DNA of 44,690 nucleotides from NCBI GenBank assembly GCA_046539285.1, contig JBKHHH010000001.1, positions 1 to 44,690 of the forward strand, in the 5' to 3' direction. This stretch comes from Candidatus Aenigmatarchaeota archaeon (GTDB lineage Archaea > Aenigmatarchaeota > Aenigmatarchaeia > PWEA01). Of the stretch, positions 7,843 through 17,936 are shown piece by piece (positions within the stretch are counted from its first letter, which is position 1; the number at the start of each line of letters is the position of its first letter). A program made the position numbers and the translations under genes. A model generated the notes under the pieces. That model did no database searches and was not told where the DNA came from. It saw only the letters and a list, made by a program, of their open reading frames with translations.

Positions 7843-8205
7843 ATGTTTAGACCAGAATTTTTCGATTCAGAAGAAAGACAAGAAGAGATCGAAGAATATG
7901 TCAAATGCCTTCTGGATACCCTGGACGAATTAGATGTCTATGTAGATGACTTTGAAGAAAAGTTTGATGATATCTACGGCGAGATTCCCGAGGAGGCTAC
8001 TTCCTATATTGATAATTGTCTTGTTGATATGCGAAAAGCGAGCGAAACTATAAGAGATCACGGAGAAGGACTTTTGCAAGGCAACCTGACCGGTGAGGAT
8101 ATAAGTTATCTAGGAAGAGTCTATTACGATCTAAATTTAATTAAGGCTAACCTGGAGTCAGTAGTCATCTTTTACGAGAATCATTTGAAAGACAGGCGGG
8201 AGTAA
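7843..8205 (+). CDS. Acidic hypothetical protein
   Basis: The ATG at 7843 lies about 27 nt downstream of ATTATAAATA (7811-7820), suggesting a leaderless mRNA. The track start 7828 is TTG. No recognisable family. Confidence 0.5.
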   Translation: MFRPEFFDSEERQEEIEEYVKCLLDTLDELDVYVDDFEEKFDDIYGEIPEEATSYIDNCLVDMRKASETIRDHGEGLLQGNLTGEDISYLGRVYYDLNLIKANLESVVIFYENHLKDRRE

Positions 8206-8213
8206 AACTTCGA

Positions 8214-8301
8214 TGGTGGGCTCGACGGGATTTGAACCCGCGACTCCAAGGTTTCTCCGTAGTTAAGAGCCTTGTGCTCTGCCAGACTGAGCTACGAGCC
8301 C
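8214..8301 (-). tRNA. tRNA-Lys(CTT) with an 11-nt anticodon-loop intron (about 8253-8263), CCA encoded
   Basis: Minus strand reads GGGCTCG-TA-GCTCAGTCTGGCAGAGC-A-CAAGG-CTCTTA[11]A-CCTTG-GAGTC-GCGGG-TTCAAAT-CCCGT-CGAGCCC-A-CCA. Confidence 0.9.
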
Positions 8302-8342
8302 ATATTAGCTATCATTTGGCTGAGAGAAATATAAGTTTTTAC

Positions 8343-8750
8343 CTACTTAAGCTTGAGGTTTTTAATCTCACTGTTCCTTTTCAGTAAGGTCCTGATTTTC
8401 TTTATATTACTTCCATTGCTACCGATAACTCTTCCACGATCGCTCTTCTCGACTTCTACGTAGGCAGTATCGCCTTCTATATTAACATTCTTTGACTTCA
8501 TGATCATATTTTTTACTAGTTCTTTTTCATTTTCTTCATGGTATTCAAAGACCTTGATCCTCTTGTTCAGCATTTTTCCAATGTTCTTTATCTTGTCGCC
8601 GTTTTTGCCGATAGCCAAGCCTGCTTTACCTGGTTCTACAAGAAAGTAGGCTGAGTCTTCGTCCTGTACGCAGTCAATTACCTCTACCCCGGTCTTGTCC
8701 TCGAAGAGAGAGATAGCCTGGATCGTCCCTTTGTCGAATTTCTTTTTCAT
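8343..8750 (-). CDS. nusA: Archaeal NusA-like protein (two KH domains)
   Basis: 135 aa with GKAGLAIGKNGDKIKNI and GRVIGSNGSNIKKI GxxG KH motifs, located immediately downstream of rpoA2. Confidence 0.85.
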   Translation of the reverse strand: MKKKFDKGTIQAISLFEDKTGVEVIDCVQDEDSAYFLVEPGKAGLAIGKNGDKIKNIGKMLNKRIKVFEYHEENEKELVKNMIMKSKNVNIEGDTAYVEVEKSDRGRVIGSNGSNIKKIRTLLKRNSEIKNLKLK

Positions 8751-8756
8751 CTCTAT

Positions 8757-9908
8757 CTAATCACTTTTTTTGTTCGGCTTGAAAATCAAGTCGCACATCC
8801 CCGTGCCTACTGGTACAGTCTGATTAATCAGTACGTTCTCTACTGTCGAATTAAGCTCGTCAACTTCACCGGCTATGGCTGCGTCGGTCAGATTTCTTAC
8901 TGTTACCTCGAAGCTGGCTCTGGCCAGCACGGATCCTTTCTCCCCGGCGATACCGTATCTACCGATTGCCTTTATCTCGCCGTCTACGGTCATAGTATCG
9001 GCGACAAGCATCATATGTCTGATATCGACGTCGAGTCCCTGATCTTCTATTGTATTACTTCCTTCCTTGAGGATGCTGTTTCTTCCTGCTTCGATGCCAA
9101 AGACCTTCATCATCTCCCGTGGGTCACGGCTATAAGTTCGTGTAGCGTCGACACCTTCTATCTTTAATACCTTTTTCAGATTCGTTCCCAGTGTCTGGAT
9201 GTGCCATTCATCGTTTTCTTCCAGGATAACCGCCTGGGAAATTCCCTTTATTCCACAAAGATGTTTGTCCATTACCTTGTTCTTTATTTTTTGCAGGTCT
9301 CGGACGGAGGCATCGTCTTTTTTCGGCTTGACCTTGATGATGTCGTCCTTCACTTCTGCTTCGTGTTTTCTTCTTCCCTTGTTGAGTTGGGAAACGACTT
9401 CTTCTCTGTCCATTCCTATTTCTTCTAGAATTTCATTGTCGAGCTTCAACTCGATAACGAGATTTAGTAAATCTAGGCTATCTTCGTCCACGACGTCTTC
9501 GCACTTGGTTTCCTTTATCTTGTTTGCTATCTCCTTCACGCCTTTTTTTGTCTGGTAGTCTTCTTCTAGGTAGACGTTCATCGTCGGAGTTTTAATTGTT
9601 TTTCTGGCGTCGACGATTTCTATCAATCTCGGTAGTCCCTGGGTAATTTGAACACCTTCCGAACCAGCTATATGATACGTACGCATTGTCATCTGCGTGG
9701 CCGGTTCGGCGATAGACTGAGCTGCGACCACACCCACAGCTTCACCGGGCTCATATTTTAATTGCTTGTATGATTCCTTTGTGTTTTCAATTATCTTTTC
9801 TGCTTTCTTGGCTGTCGGTTCTTCCTTTTCCAGTTTTTCCAATAACCTGTCCAGAACTCTCCGGGGCAGATCTTCTTCCAGTTTCTTTATTTCTTTCTCA
9901 TAATCCAT
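8757..9908 (-). CDS. rpoA2: DNA-directed RNA polymerase subunit A''
   Basis: 383 aa; [25 protein letters not shown] and the C-terminal VPVGTGM are hallmark Rpo1C motifs. Confidence 0.95.
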   Translation of the reverse strand: MDYEKEIKKLEEDLPRRVLDRLLEKLEKEEPTAKKAEKIIENTKESYKQLKYEPGEAVGVVAAQSIAEPATQMTMRTYHIAGSEGVQITQGLPRLIEIVDARKTIKTPTMNVYLEEDYQTKKGVKEIANKIKETKCEDVVDEDSLDLLNLVIELKLDNEILEEIGMDREEVVSQLNKGRRKHEAEVKDDIIKVKPKKDDASVRDLQKIKNKVMDKHLCGIKGISQAVILEENDEWHIQTLGTNLKKVLKIEGVDATRTYSRDPREMMKVFGIEAGRNSILKEGSNTIEDQGLDVDIRHMMLVADTMTVDGEIKAIGRYGIAGEKGSVLARASFEVTVRNLTDAAIAGEVDELNSTVENVLINQTVPVGTGMCDLIFKPNKKSD

Positions 9909-9909
9909 T

Positions 9910-12378
9910 TTAATCCTCTTCTATTGGAACTTCGCCTCTTTTGCTTTTTGCAGGATCGATTCCGTCTTCTCCTGGAGTAAACTGAACTATAATCTTTCTG
10001 TTGTCTCTGACGGTTCCGTCCTTTTCCACCTTGAGGTCCTGTAGCGCGTTGACCAGCCTTCTTTCCATGTAACCACTTTTCCTTGTTCTCAGGCTGGTGT
10101 CCATCAGACCCTCACGGCCGTTCATGACCAGGAAGTACAGTTCAGCTGGTGTTAATCCTTTCTTGAAAGAAGACCTTACAAAGCCATGTGCTTCTGGAGA
10201 AAGCTCGTCTCTTTCGAACAAGGACAGAGTTCTGTTCTTGTATCCCCGATGGATCCTGTTGCCCTGTAATGTCTGCTGGCCAACGATACCTGCAATCTGA
10301 GTTAACTGAATCATACCACCACGGGCACCCGACTTTGCCATTGTTACAGCCGAGCTGCTAGCCGGCAGGTCGTCGGTAATGATCTCGTTGGCCTCGTTCT
10401 GAGACTGACCTAGTTCCCTTTTGATCAACGATTCGAGCGACTCTTTGGTGGTTTTACCCGGCATTCTCTCTATTTTATCGTTTTCGAAATCTTCAATTAG
10501 GTCTCTGACATTTTCCTCTGCCTCTTCGACCACCTCACCTACTTCGTTTACGGCCTCATCTGAAACAGAGATATCCGAGATGCCGATTGTAAATCCTCTC
10601 ATGTCCAGGTATTCCAGGGCCAGACGATTTATATTATCCATGAATTTTCTTGCCTCGTCGGTTCCGAACTTTCGCTGTACCTTTTCTACAATATGTCCCT
10701 GGAAGGCACCGATTGCTGCTTCGTCTATGATCCCTTCTTTCAGTTCTCCATTTTCGATCACTACAGGCTCGCCGCTTTCGCTCTCAAATCTTAAGTTTAT
10801 ATCCGGTAGAATCGCAGAGAACAGTTCTTTTCCGGTTATTTCATCCTCTTCGAACTTTTTTTCTATGCCTATCTGCATTAACATTCTCTGGGCCCTCTCG
10901 GCCGGGATTGTAGTACCGTCCTTGGTCAGAGTATAGCTTCCCGAGATTTGGTCCTGAATGCAACCGATTATAGGTCCACCGAACCGTGGACTTCTCAGGT
11001 TTTCCTGGACCAGCATCAGTTCTTCCGCCTCTGCTCTGGCTTCTTCGGTCTGTGGTACATGGAGGTTCATCTCGTCACCGTCGAAGTCAGCATTGTAAGG
11101 TGCGCAGACGCAGAGGTTTAGTCGGAAAGTCTTCCAGGGCATAACACGGACTCTGTGAGCCATGATACTCATTCTATGTAGAGATGGTTGGCGGTTGAAC
11201 AGTACGACGTCGCCGTCCTGGAGATGCCGCTCGACCGTCACACCCGGCTCGACTTCTTCGGCGATTTTATCACAGTTTTCTTCTGTGATCTTTTTCTTCC
11301 CTCCGTCCTGTCTTATTAGATAGTTAGCTCCGCCCAGTGTGTCCGGTCCTTTTCTTACAATGGCCTTCAGTTCGGGTATATTCTTTTCCGTGGCCTTGAT
11401 CGGTATGGTTAGTTCCTTGGCTATTTCTTCGGGAATTCCGACATCGTTGATCGAGATGTTCGGATCCGGCGAGATAACCGTTCGGGCCGAGAAGTCGACA
11501 CGTTTGCCGGCCAGATTGTTCCGGAATCTCCCTTGCTTGCTCTTCAGTCTCTGGGTTACAGTTTTCAGAGCCCGGCCACTTCGGTGCCGGGCCTGAGGAA
11601 CTCCGGATAGGTTGTTGTCGAAGAACGTCGATACGTGGTACTGCAGGAGTTCCCAGAGGTCGTCGATGATAAAGTCTGGGGCTCCAATTTCAATATTATC
11701 TCTTAATCTCTGGTTTATTCGAACCAGATCGACAAGCTTATGTGTTAAATCGTCTTCCGACCTTTCGCCCGATTCCAGTGTGATAGATGGTCGCATGGTT
11801 ACCGGCGGTACAGGCAGTAAAGTCAACACCAACCATTCCGGTCGGCCTCCGCCCATCTCGAACTTTTCAACTGTGGCGTCGGTTATGTCCTCGAACCACT
11901 CCCTTATTTCAAGTGGTGTCATGTCCGTTCCCCCCTGTCGGAAGTTGTGCGGTCTCTGTCTGGTTATTTTCTGCTGCTTGGCATCACAGTGCGGGCACTT
12001 GCTTCTCTTCTTGAGATAAAGCTCGTAGAGCGGATCGTTCATTTCTTCGAGTTCCTCGTCCGTAGCCAGTGGTTCGTGGCATTCCTGGCAGGTGGCTCGA
12101 AGCAGCTTGTATACAGTCTTGGCGTGTCTTACATGTATAACCGGCCGTGAGAGATCAATATAGCCGAAATGGCCTTCACAGGTTCCAATTCTTCCACCGC
12201 AGGTCCGGCAACGCATCCCGGGGTCGATGACACCCATCCGGGGATCCATAACACCGCCTTCGGCCGGGTAACCACTCTTGTCGTATAGGTCCGGCTTCGT
12301 TATTTCGGCTACTCCCATTTCCTTGATCTGTTTTGGTGAAAGTATCTTGAACTGTACTTTGTCTATCTTGTTAGGCAT
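9910..12378 (-). CDS. rpoA1: DNA-directed RNA polymerase subunit A'
   Basis: Has zinc motifs (CRTCGG...CEGHFG) and the catalytic [10 protein letters not shown]. The ATG at 12378 lies 5 nt after the B' stop; the track start 12390 is TTG. Confidence 0.95.
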   Translation of the reverse strand: MPNKIDKVQFKILSPKQIKEMGVAEITKPDLYDKSGYPAEGGVMDPRMGVIDPGMRCRTCGGRIGTCEGHFGYIDLSRPVIHVRHAKTVYKLLRATCQECHEPLATDEELEEMNDPLYELYLKKRSKCPHCDAKQQKITRQRPHNFRQGGTDMTPLEIREWFEDITDATVEKFEMGGGRPEWLVLTLLPVPPVTMRPSITLESGERSEDDLTHKLVDLVRINQRLRDNIEIGAPDFIIDDLWELLQYHVSTFFDNNLSGVPQARHRSGRALKTVTQRLKSKQGRFRNNLAGKRVDFSARTVISPDPNISINDVGIPEEIAKELTIPIKATEKNIPELKAIVRKGPDTLGGANYLIRQDGGKKKITEENCDKIAEEVEPGVTVERHLQDGDVVLFNRQPSLHRMSIMAHRVRVMPWKTFRLNLCVCAPYNADFDGDEMNLHVPQTEEARAEAEELMLVQENLRSPRFGGPIIGCIQDQISGSYTLTKDGTTIPAERAQRMLMQIGIEKKFEEDEITGKELFSAILPDINLRFESESGEPVVIENGELKEGIIDEAAIGAFQGHIVEKVQRKFGTDEARKFMDNINRLALEYLDMRGFTIGISDISVSDEAVNEVGEVVEEAEENVRDLIEDFENDKIERMPGKTTKESLESLIKRELGQSQNEANEIITDDLPASSSAVTMAKSGARGGMIQLTQIAGIVGQQTLQGNRIHRGYKNRTLSLFERDELSPEAHGFVRSSFKKGLTPAELYFLVMNGREGLMDTSLRTRKSGYMERRLVNALQDLKVEKDGTVRDNRKIIVQFTPGEDGIDPAKSKRGEVPIEED

Positions 12379-12382
12379 TATA

Positions 12383-14179
12383 TCACTCAATTTCTCCTAC
12401 ATCCAGTTTTGGATAGATTACCATTGATTTTAGCTCGTCCAGCATCAGCTTGAAAGCGTAGCTCATCGATACCTCTTTGATGTCACTTTCCTTGCAGAGC
12501 GGACAGTAGTATTTGTCTTTATTGAGGTCACGGACTGCGATCAGACCGCATTCTTCGCAGACAGGCAGTGTTGACTGGTCCGAGGAGAACCTTTCCTTCA
12601 GTGTCAGGCTGGTTCCGTGGGCTACAAAACAGTCCTTTTCCATCTCCCCCAGCCTTAGGCCACCTTCCTTGGCCCGTCCTTCCGTAGGCTGTTTTGTAAG
12701 CAGAGTCACCGGTCCCCGTGACCGGGCATGTAGCTTGTTGGCGACCATATGCTCTAATTTTTCGTAATAGATGATTCCCTGGAAGATCTCTGCCTCCATC
12801 ATCTCTCCTGTCATTCCATTGTACATTACTTCCTTCCCGTCGGAGCGGAAACCGAGTTCCTTCAGCTGCTCCTTGAGATCCTTTTCTTCGTTTCCTGTGA
12901 AAGGTGTGGCGTCGATTCTTTTGCCTCTCAGTGCACCGACCTTGCCGCTCATGATCTCGAGTAGCTGTCCGACAGTCTGTCGAGAAGGAATACAGTGCGG
13001 GTTCATGATAATATCCGGGGTTATACCGTCCTTGGTAAACGGCAGGTTTTCTTCGGATTCAATTAGACCAATAACGCCCTTCTGTCCGTGCCGGGTTGCG
13101 AACTTGTCACCAAGCTCAGGTATTCTCTGGTCCCGGACGGTTGCCTTGACAAGCTTGTTACCTCCTTCTGTCTCCGAGATGAGAACCTTGTCCACGGTTC
13201 CACCTTCACCATGTCTTACGGTGACTGAGGTTTCCCTTCTGTTCTGCATGCCGGCCGTGAACTCGCCGCTGCCCATAAACCGTAGCGGTGAGGTCTTGCC
13301 GACGACGACTCCACCGGCTTTGATGTCCATTTCCGGAGGAACGATGCCGTCTTCAGATAACTTTGAGTATGTCTTTTCCGACCTGTATCCTCGTACATCC
13401 TTGTCGGGGAGGCCGATCTGATCTTCCTGGCCTCCTGAATACCGCTGTTCCTCGGCGTCGTAGGTTCGGAAGAAGTAGCTCCTTCCCAGTCCTCTTTCGA
13501 TGCTGCTTTTGTTCACCACAACGGCGTCTTCCATGTTAAATCCTTTGTATGAAATTAAAGCGATGACAAGGTTCTGTCCAGCCGGATGGTCTTCTAAGTT
13601 AAGTGTTTTTTCCATCTCTGTAGTGACCAGTGGTGTTTGAGGATAGCTGAGCAAGTTGCTCTTCGTATCGGCTCTTAGCGGGAAGTTTCCGGTATAGAAG
13701 CCCAACGTCTGACCTACCATTTTTGCTCCGTAGTTGACACGGTCACCACGATTGTATTCCGGGAACGGTATCAGGGAAGCGTTCAGTCCCAGTATAGAGG
13801 CCGGGTGAAGTTCGAGGTGGGTATGCTTTTCTGTTATGTCTTCTTCTCTGGTCGCAACAAGTAAACCTTCTTCTTCGGATGCGTCGATCCATTCAATTAT
13901 ACCCCTTTCAACCAAGTCGTCCCAGGTCATCTCATCCTTCTCTATCTTTTCTATATGCTCTTCTGTGAGAAGAGGCTCGCCGTCTTCGATTCTGATCAAA
14001 GGTCTCCTGACACGCCCGGAGTCCGTGTTGATCTTGATACTGTCTTCTTCTTCATTTTGGGTTATGTTAAAGTCTTCGGGGACAATACCGCTTCTTCTCT
14101 TGTCCTTTATTTCAGCGACTAGTTCTTTTGGTTCTTCGGTTTCTCCCATGAATCTTCCGTTTAAAAATATGTCTGTCAT
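12383..14179 (-). CDS. rpoB1: DNA-directed RNA polymerase subunit B' (C-terminal half of Rpo2)
   Basis: 598 aa with GDKFATRHGQKGV, the EMEKDC...HG motifs and a C-terminal zinc ribbon (CEECG...CPLC). It has an ATGA overlap with B''. Confidence 0.95.
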   Translation of the reverse strand: MTDIFLNGRFMGETEEPKELVAEIKDKRRSGIVPEDFNITQNEEEDSIKINTDSGRVRRPLIRIEDGEPLLTEEHIEKIEKDEMTWDDLVERGIIEWIDASEEEGLLVATREEDITEKHTHLELHPASILGLNASLIPFPEYNRGDRVNYGAKMVGQTLGFYTGNFPLRADTKSNLLSYPQTPLVTTEMEKTLNLEDHPAGQNLVIALISYKGFNMEDAVVVNKSSIERGLGRSYFFRTYDAEEQRYSGGQEDQIGLPDKDVRGYRSEKTYSKLSEDGIVPPEMDIKAGGVVVGKTSPLRFMGSGEFTAGMQNRRETSVTVRHGEGGTVDKVLISETEGGNKLVKATVRDQRIPELGDKFATRHGQKGVIGLIESEENLPFTKDGITPDIIMNPHCIPSRQTVGQLLEIMSGKVGALRGKRIDATPFTGNEEKDLKEQLKELGFRSDGKEVMYNGMTGEMMEAEIFQGIIYYEKLEHMVANKLHARSRGPVTLLTKQPTEGRAKEGGLRLGEMEKDCFVAHGTSLTLKERFSSDQSTLPVCEECGLIAVRDLNKDKYYCPLCKESDIKEVSMSYAFKLMLDELKSMVIYPKLDVGEIE

Positions 14180-15672
14180 TCTAATCCCTTTATTTCAGTT
14201 TTCAGATTTTTTAGGACTTCTTCTGCTTTGTCTTGTTTCATTCCCGTAGAAATGCTGGCCAGTAGGGCCAGGTATTTTCTCAGACCGATCGTCGGCCCTT
14301 CTGGTGTCTGTGTTGCTCCCAGTCGTCCCCAGTGTGTAGCATGGAGCTCTCTTGCTTCGAAGTGTTCCTGCTGTGTGGACAGGGGCGAAACAACGTTCCT
14401 TAGATGGGAAAGCGTTTTAATATAATTAGTCCTTTCCAGTCTCTGGGAGACACCGGTTCTTCCACCGACCCATAGGCCAGTGGCGAAAGCGGACTGAATC
14501 TGATTGGTTAGCATGTCTGACTCCACGACAGTGTTTACTGTCGGTACCTTGCCTCTCCGGGCGATCTTGTGGTAGTTATACTTTATGCGTGAGATGAGAC
14601 CGACTCTTCCCAGTAGCTTGCTTCTGAGCAGGATCTCAAGCAGGTCGGAGCTAGTTCTCAATCTCTTGTTTCTGTAGTGATCGATGTCGTCCGGATTCAG
14701 CTTTCCGTGTGATATGTATAGCATCTTTTTTGCGGCCCTTCCCAGATAATGGGCCTTCATCATCCTGTCCTCTTTGTCCTGTCCGATATGCGGTAGAAGA
14801 TACTTGTCGATGACTTCTTCTGCCCTCTCCTTTCTGTATTCTTTCTGGGAGACCTTCATCTTCTTTCCGATGAGTTCGAGTGCCTCCTCTGTATCGGACG
14901 CGTCTGTCTCGTATAGATTAGCATAGATTTCTTCCTGATATTCGTCTTCGGGTGTGATCGACTCCACGATTTCTTTGTCCGTCTCCAGACCCAGTCCCCG
15001 GAGGAGAACAACCAGCGGTAGCTTCCTTGCGTTGGCAAAGGATATCGTAATCAATCCGTCTTTGCGCTTGTTAATGGTATGTCTCTGGCCCCAGCCTCTT
15101 CGCTCGGAGTTGATCCGGGCCGCGTATTCGATCTTTTTCTTGTTCTTTTCTTCGACGATGACACGGTTTGGAGCCACCTCTTCCAGGAGAACCAGTACCC
15201 TTTCCGTACCGTTGATGATAAAGTAGCCTCCGACGTCATCCGGGTCCTCTCCGGCCTCGATCAGTTCTTCATCGCTCATGTCGGATAGCGGGCACTTGTC
15301 GGAACGGACCATGATCGGCATTTCACCGATTTTGACGTCCTTCTCTTCCTTGACCTCGCCGTCTCCTTTCGTGGTCATATTAAGAAATATAGGAGCGGCG
15401 TAGCTGATACCCCTCAGCCTTGCTTCCTGTGGTAGTATTTCTCTCAGACTGCCATCTGCCTCCTTGACAGAAGGCTTGCCGACCCTGACTTCACCCAGTT
15501 CGACCTCGAAGTCTCCGAGCCGATCTGATTCTGGTTCTATCGTGCCGATTTCGTCGATAACTTCCTGAATTCTTTCGTTGATAAAGTGGTTGAAGGACTC
15601 GATTTGGTATCTGGCAAATCCCTTCTCTGAGCGGAAGGCTTTCAATAATGTTTCGAATCTACTTTCTTTCAT
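14176..15672 (-). CDS. rpoB2: DNA-directed RNA polymerase subunit B'' (N-terminal half of Rpo2)
   Basis: 498 aa; SFNHFI, GGYFIINGTERV and the LSHLRNVVSP motifs are typical of the Rpo2 N-terminal part. Confidence 0.95.
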   Translation of the reverse strand: MKESRFETLLKAFRSEKGFARYQIESFNHFINERIQEVIDEIGTIEPESDRLGDFEVELGEVRVGKPSVKEADGSLREILPQEARLRGISYAAPIFLNMTTKGDGEVKEEKDVKIGEMPIMVRSDKCPLSDMSDEELIEAGEDPDDVGGYFIINGTERVLVLLEEVAPNRVIVEEKNKKKIEYAARINSERRGWGQRHTINKRKDGLITISFANARKLPLVVLLRGLGLETDKEIVESITPEDEYQEEIYANLYETDASDTEEALELIGKKMKVSQKEYRKERAEEVIDKYLLPHIGQDKEDRMMKAHYLGRAAKKMLYISHGKLNPDDIDHYRNKRLRTSSDLLEILLRSKLLGRVGLISRIKYNYHKIARRGKVPTVNTVVESDMLTNQIQSAFATGLWVGGRTGVSQRLERTNYIKTLSHLRNVVSPLSTQQEHFEARELHATHWGRLGATQTPEGPTIGLRKYLALLASISTGMKQDKAEEVLKNLKTEIKGLE

Positions 15673-15682
15673 GTTTATCGAT

Positions 15683-15925
15683 CTAATCTTTGATTACGAG
15701 CCTGTAGTAGGTGGATTCTTCAGCAGTAGGACTGTTTCGGGTGATCTTCAGCACGTCCCCGACCTTGGCATCTATCTCCTTGACAACAGGATCGTTCTTC
15801 TTGATTTTGGGGAGTTGCTGCGCTTTGATGTCCATTTCCTCCAGGAGCTCTTCTTTTTCCTCAGAAGAAAGGATCTCGTGCTCAGGGACCATTTTGTGCT
15901 CAGTTACCTTGTACTTCTTGGTCAT
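15683..15925 (-). CDS. rpoH: DNA-directed RNA polymerase subunit H
   Basis: 80 aa; [16 protein letters not shown]...[12 protein letters not shown]...[13 protein letters not shown] is the RpoH/Rpb5 C-terminal domain signature. It is the first gene of the rpoH-B-A cluster. Confidence 0.9.
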   Translation of the reverse strand: MTKKYKVTEHKMVPEHEILSSEEKEELLEEMDIKAQQLPKIKKNDPVVKEIDAKVGDVLKITRNSPTAEESTYYRLVIKD

Positions 15926-16013
15926 TTATCCACCGATTGGTTCATAGAGACGTCTTGTTTTCGACTTGTTGATTGAGAAGTTTATCATGAACTGGTATTG
16001 TCCTTTATCGATT

Positions 16014-16029
16014 AACCTTTATAAAGGTT
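16014..16029 (-). promoter_or_regulatory. Palindromic TATA-like element between tRNA-Lys(TTT) and rpoH
   Basis: AACCTTTATAAAGGTT lies about 95 nt upstream of the rpoH ATG. A similar CTTTATAAAG element occurs upstream of tuf (39032-39041). Confidence 0.3.
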
Positions 16030-16056
16030 TTGGTTTTTCGTCCTTTGTTGTAGTAG

Positions 16057-16219
16057 TGGGCTCGACGGGATTTGAACCCGCGACTCCTGGGTTTCTTTCC
16101 TCATCGACATATTGTCTTGGTTCTTTCAACCTTAAATATGAAACAGAGTTTCAATTTTGCGAAACCTGTTTCGCAAATAGTTAAAAGCCCAGTGCTCTGC
16201 CAGACTGAGCTACGAGCCC
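16057..16219 (-). tRNA. tRNA-Lys(TTT) with an 89-nt anticodon-loop intron (about 16093-16181), no encoded CCA
   Basis: Minus strand reads GGGCTCG-TA-GCTCAGTCTGGCAGAGC-A-CTGGG-CTTTTA[89]A-CCCAG-GAGTC-GCGGG-TTCAAAT-CCCGT-CGAGCCC-A. Apart from the anticodon arm, the exons are identical to tRNA-Lys(CTT). Confidence 0.9.
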
Positions 16220-16232
16220 ATCTGTATGATAA

Positions 16233-16308
16233 TGGCGCCGTGACCGGGATTTGAACCCGGGTCAGAGCCTCGACAGGGCTCTATGCTAAGCCACTACACC
16301 ATCACGGC
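16233..16308 (-). tRNA. tRNA-Asp(GTC), intron-less, CCA encoded
   Basis: Minus strand reads GCCGTGA-TG-GTGTAGTGGCTTAGCATA-GAGCC-CTGTCGA-GGCTC-TGAC-CCGGG-TTCAAAT-CCCGG-TCACGGC-G-CCA. Confidence 0.95.
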
Positions 16309-16334
16309 TCCTGGCTTATTATGAAAGGAAATTA

Positions 16335-16455
16335 GGGGCTGGCAACGTCCTGGATTTCACAGCTTTTCGCTGATACTGTCCAATTCGCTGGAGGACTTTT
16401 CTTCCGTGTTCGGAATGGGTACGGGAGTTGCCCCTCCGCTTTGGTCGCCAGCCTT
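16335..16455 (-). rRNA. rrf: 5S ribosomal RNA (ends approximate within a few nt)
   Basis: The minus strand contains CCCGTACCCATTCCGAACACGGAAG (5S loop B/helix III signature). A terminal helix forms between GGCTGGCGAC and GTTGCCAGCC. Length is about 120 nt. Confidence 0.9.
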
Positions 16456-16474
16456 ACCATTATTTAGAACAAAC

Positions 16475-16485
16475 CTTTTTAAATG
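16475..16485 (-). promoter_or_regulatory. TATA-box candidate for the 5S-tRNA-Asp-tRNA-Lys unit
   Basis: Minus strand CATTTAAAAAG is centred about 26 nt upstream of the 5S 5' end. Confidence 0.4.
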
Positions 16486-16487
16486 TT

Positions 16488-17882
16488 TTACTCGGTTTTC
16501 AGTTTCACGCCAGAGGAAAAGCGTCTAAATTCGTCCTTGCCTATTATGCCCCTGATCGAGGCCTGGGGTAGCTTGATGTGGTCTACTGCTTCCAGCAGCG
16601 GCTTAACCTTGTAATGCAAAATTCTTTCTTCACCGGATCCTATCTGGCCCAGCTTCCAGGTCAGTTCAGTGCCTTCCTCAGTTTTCTCGACATCCGGCTT
16701 GATTCCACCCTCAAAGTCCTCCTGGACGCGGGCTACCGCCGGTACGAAGTCCTTAACAACTACATTTTTGGCTCTGCCGATCACTCCGTTCTTTATCTCA
16801 AGTGAGATAGTGAAGATACTTTCGTTCTCTCTTAGTTCCGTTTTCCTGATTTCCTTGACGATGACCGGTTTCTGCAGGTAGAGGAAGGTCCTGTAGGCCA
16901 GGTAGATCAGGATTGCAATCAAAATATAGATCGGCCAGTAGTTGATCTGGTATTCTACGGTCTTACTTTCGCCGGGTTCGATGCCCGTTTCCCATTTGAA
17001 TATCGATCCTCCTTCAGCCGATTCCCTTTCCACATCCTTGCTCGTCAGAAGGTAGTTGTAAGGCCGGTCGATTTTACGGGTTATTTTGTCGTTGTAAACT
17101 ACGTTGCCGGTATTTTTTATTTCGATCATTTCTGACCTGAACAGTGGATTTTCGGAAGTAACTTCGTTGGTTTCGATCCCCTTGACCTCTTCTATCGAAA
17201 TATCCTTCTTGCCCTGGTCGAAGATATTGCCTCTGGCCGTAATCCTGTAACTTAGTTCATAAGTGCCCGGTGCCTGATATCTGTCCAGTTCGAAGGAGGT
17301 CTTCATCTGATTTTGTTCTTCTGTCTCGAGTTCCCCGGAGGCGGTTGCGCTGTTTATATTTTCCCCTTCCCGGGTCAGGTTGACCAGAAAGTTTACCGTT
17401 TCGAAGTCGCGGCTACCTGTGTTTTTAGTGTTGATGCTGGCTGTTATCTCCTGATCTGGTTTAAAGGTGTTCTCGGCTGTAAAGTTACTGGCGTCTATCG
17501 AGTAGTTGCGGAGGACGATGAAACAAATTTCTTCCCTGCTTTCTATGCTTCTGTTTTTGAGAGAGAAGACAGAAACGGTCAGATCATATTTTCCCATGGC
17601 CGCATCATTTGTCGGTATAACGTCGATCGTCGACAGACCGGTCTCTCCCGCTTCAAGTTCCAGCGTGCGGTCGTTTATATAGGCCCATTCGTTATTGGGA
17701 CCGGTAGTTCTGACTGAGAATCTACTCTCTTCGGTCAGGTTGTTTGTAACTCCGATCTTAAATTCTCGAGGAGTAACAAGACAGCCTCTTTCTTGGTTGA
17801 GGATGATGTTAGAAGCAGCCACTCCCGACGGTAGGACGAGAAGGGTTAAAAGGAAAACGACCGGTAAAAATGACCTTTTCAA
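16488..17882 (-). CDS. Signal-peptide membrane-anchored protein with beta-rich ectodomain, unknown function
   Basis: TTG start preceded by AGGTG. Signal peptide is MKRSFLPVVFLLTLLVLPSGVAAS, with one TM helix (YWPIYILIAILIYLAYRTFLYL) at about residue 315. The repetitive beta-strand-like sequence resembles CARDB/DUF11-type domains, a resemblance I cannot verify. Confidence 0.55.
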   Translation of the reverse strand: MKRSFLPVVFLLTLLVLPSGVAASNIILNQERGCLVTPREFKIGVTNNLTEESRFSVRTTGPNNEWAYINDRTLELEAGETGLSTIDVIPTNDAAMGKYDLTVSVFSLKNRSIESREEICFIVLRNYSIDASNFTAENTFKPDQEITASINTKNTGSRDFETVNFLVNLTREGENINSATASGELETEEQNQMKTSFELDRYQAPGTYELSYRITARGNIFDQGKKDISIEEVKGIETNEVTSENPLFRSEMIEIKNTGNVVYNDKITRKIDRPYNYLLTSKDVERESAEGGSIFKWETGIEPGESKTVEYQINYWPIYILIAILIYLAYRTFLYLQKPVIVKEIRKTELRENESIFTISLEIKNGVIGRAKNVVVKDFVPAVARVQEDFEGGIKPDVEKTEEGTELTWKLGQIGSGEERILHYKVKPLLEAVDHIKLPQASIRGIIGKDEFRRFSSGVKLKTE

Positions 17883-17936
17883 TTGTTACACCTATTAGTA
17901 ATTAGTTTCAGACTAATAAATAAATATTTGCCGGGC

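Noticed and set aside
9199-13421. Long antisense ORFs inside the RNAP genes (for example 10421..10936 +, 11612..12019 +, 12771..13421 +). Similar ones lie inside secY, EF-2 and pyrG.
   Set aside because: They lie opposite strongly supported conserved genes. They are Ser/Leu/Pro-rich shadow frames with no start context.
12378-14179. The split rpoB (B''/B') and rpoA (A'/A'') as frameshifts or pseudogenisation.
   Set aside because: The split points are the native archaeal ones. Each part has its own ATG with an ATGA overlap or a 5-nt spacing, and all catalytic motifs are intact.
15966-16254. Track ORFs 15966..16184 (+) and 16072..16254 (+).
   Set aside because: They run antisense through tRNA-Lys(UUU) and its 89-nt intron and into tRNA-Asp. 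They have no start context and no recognisable protein features.
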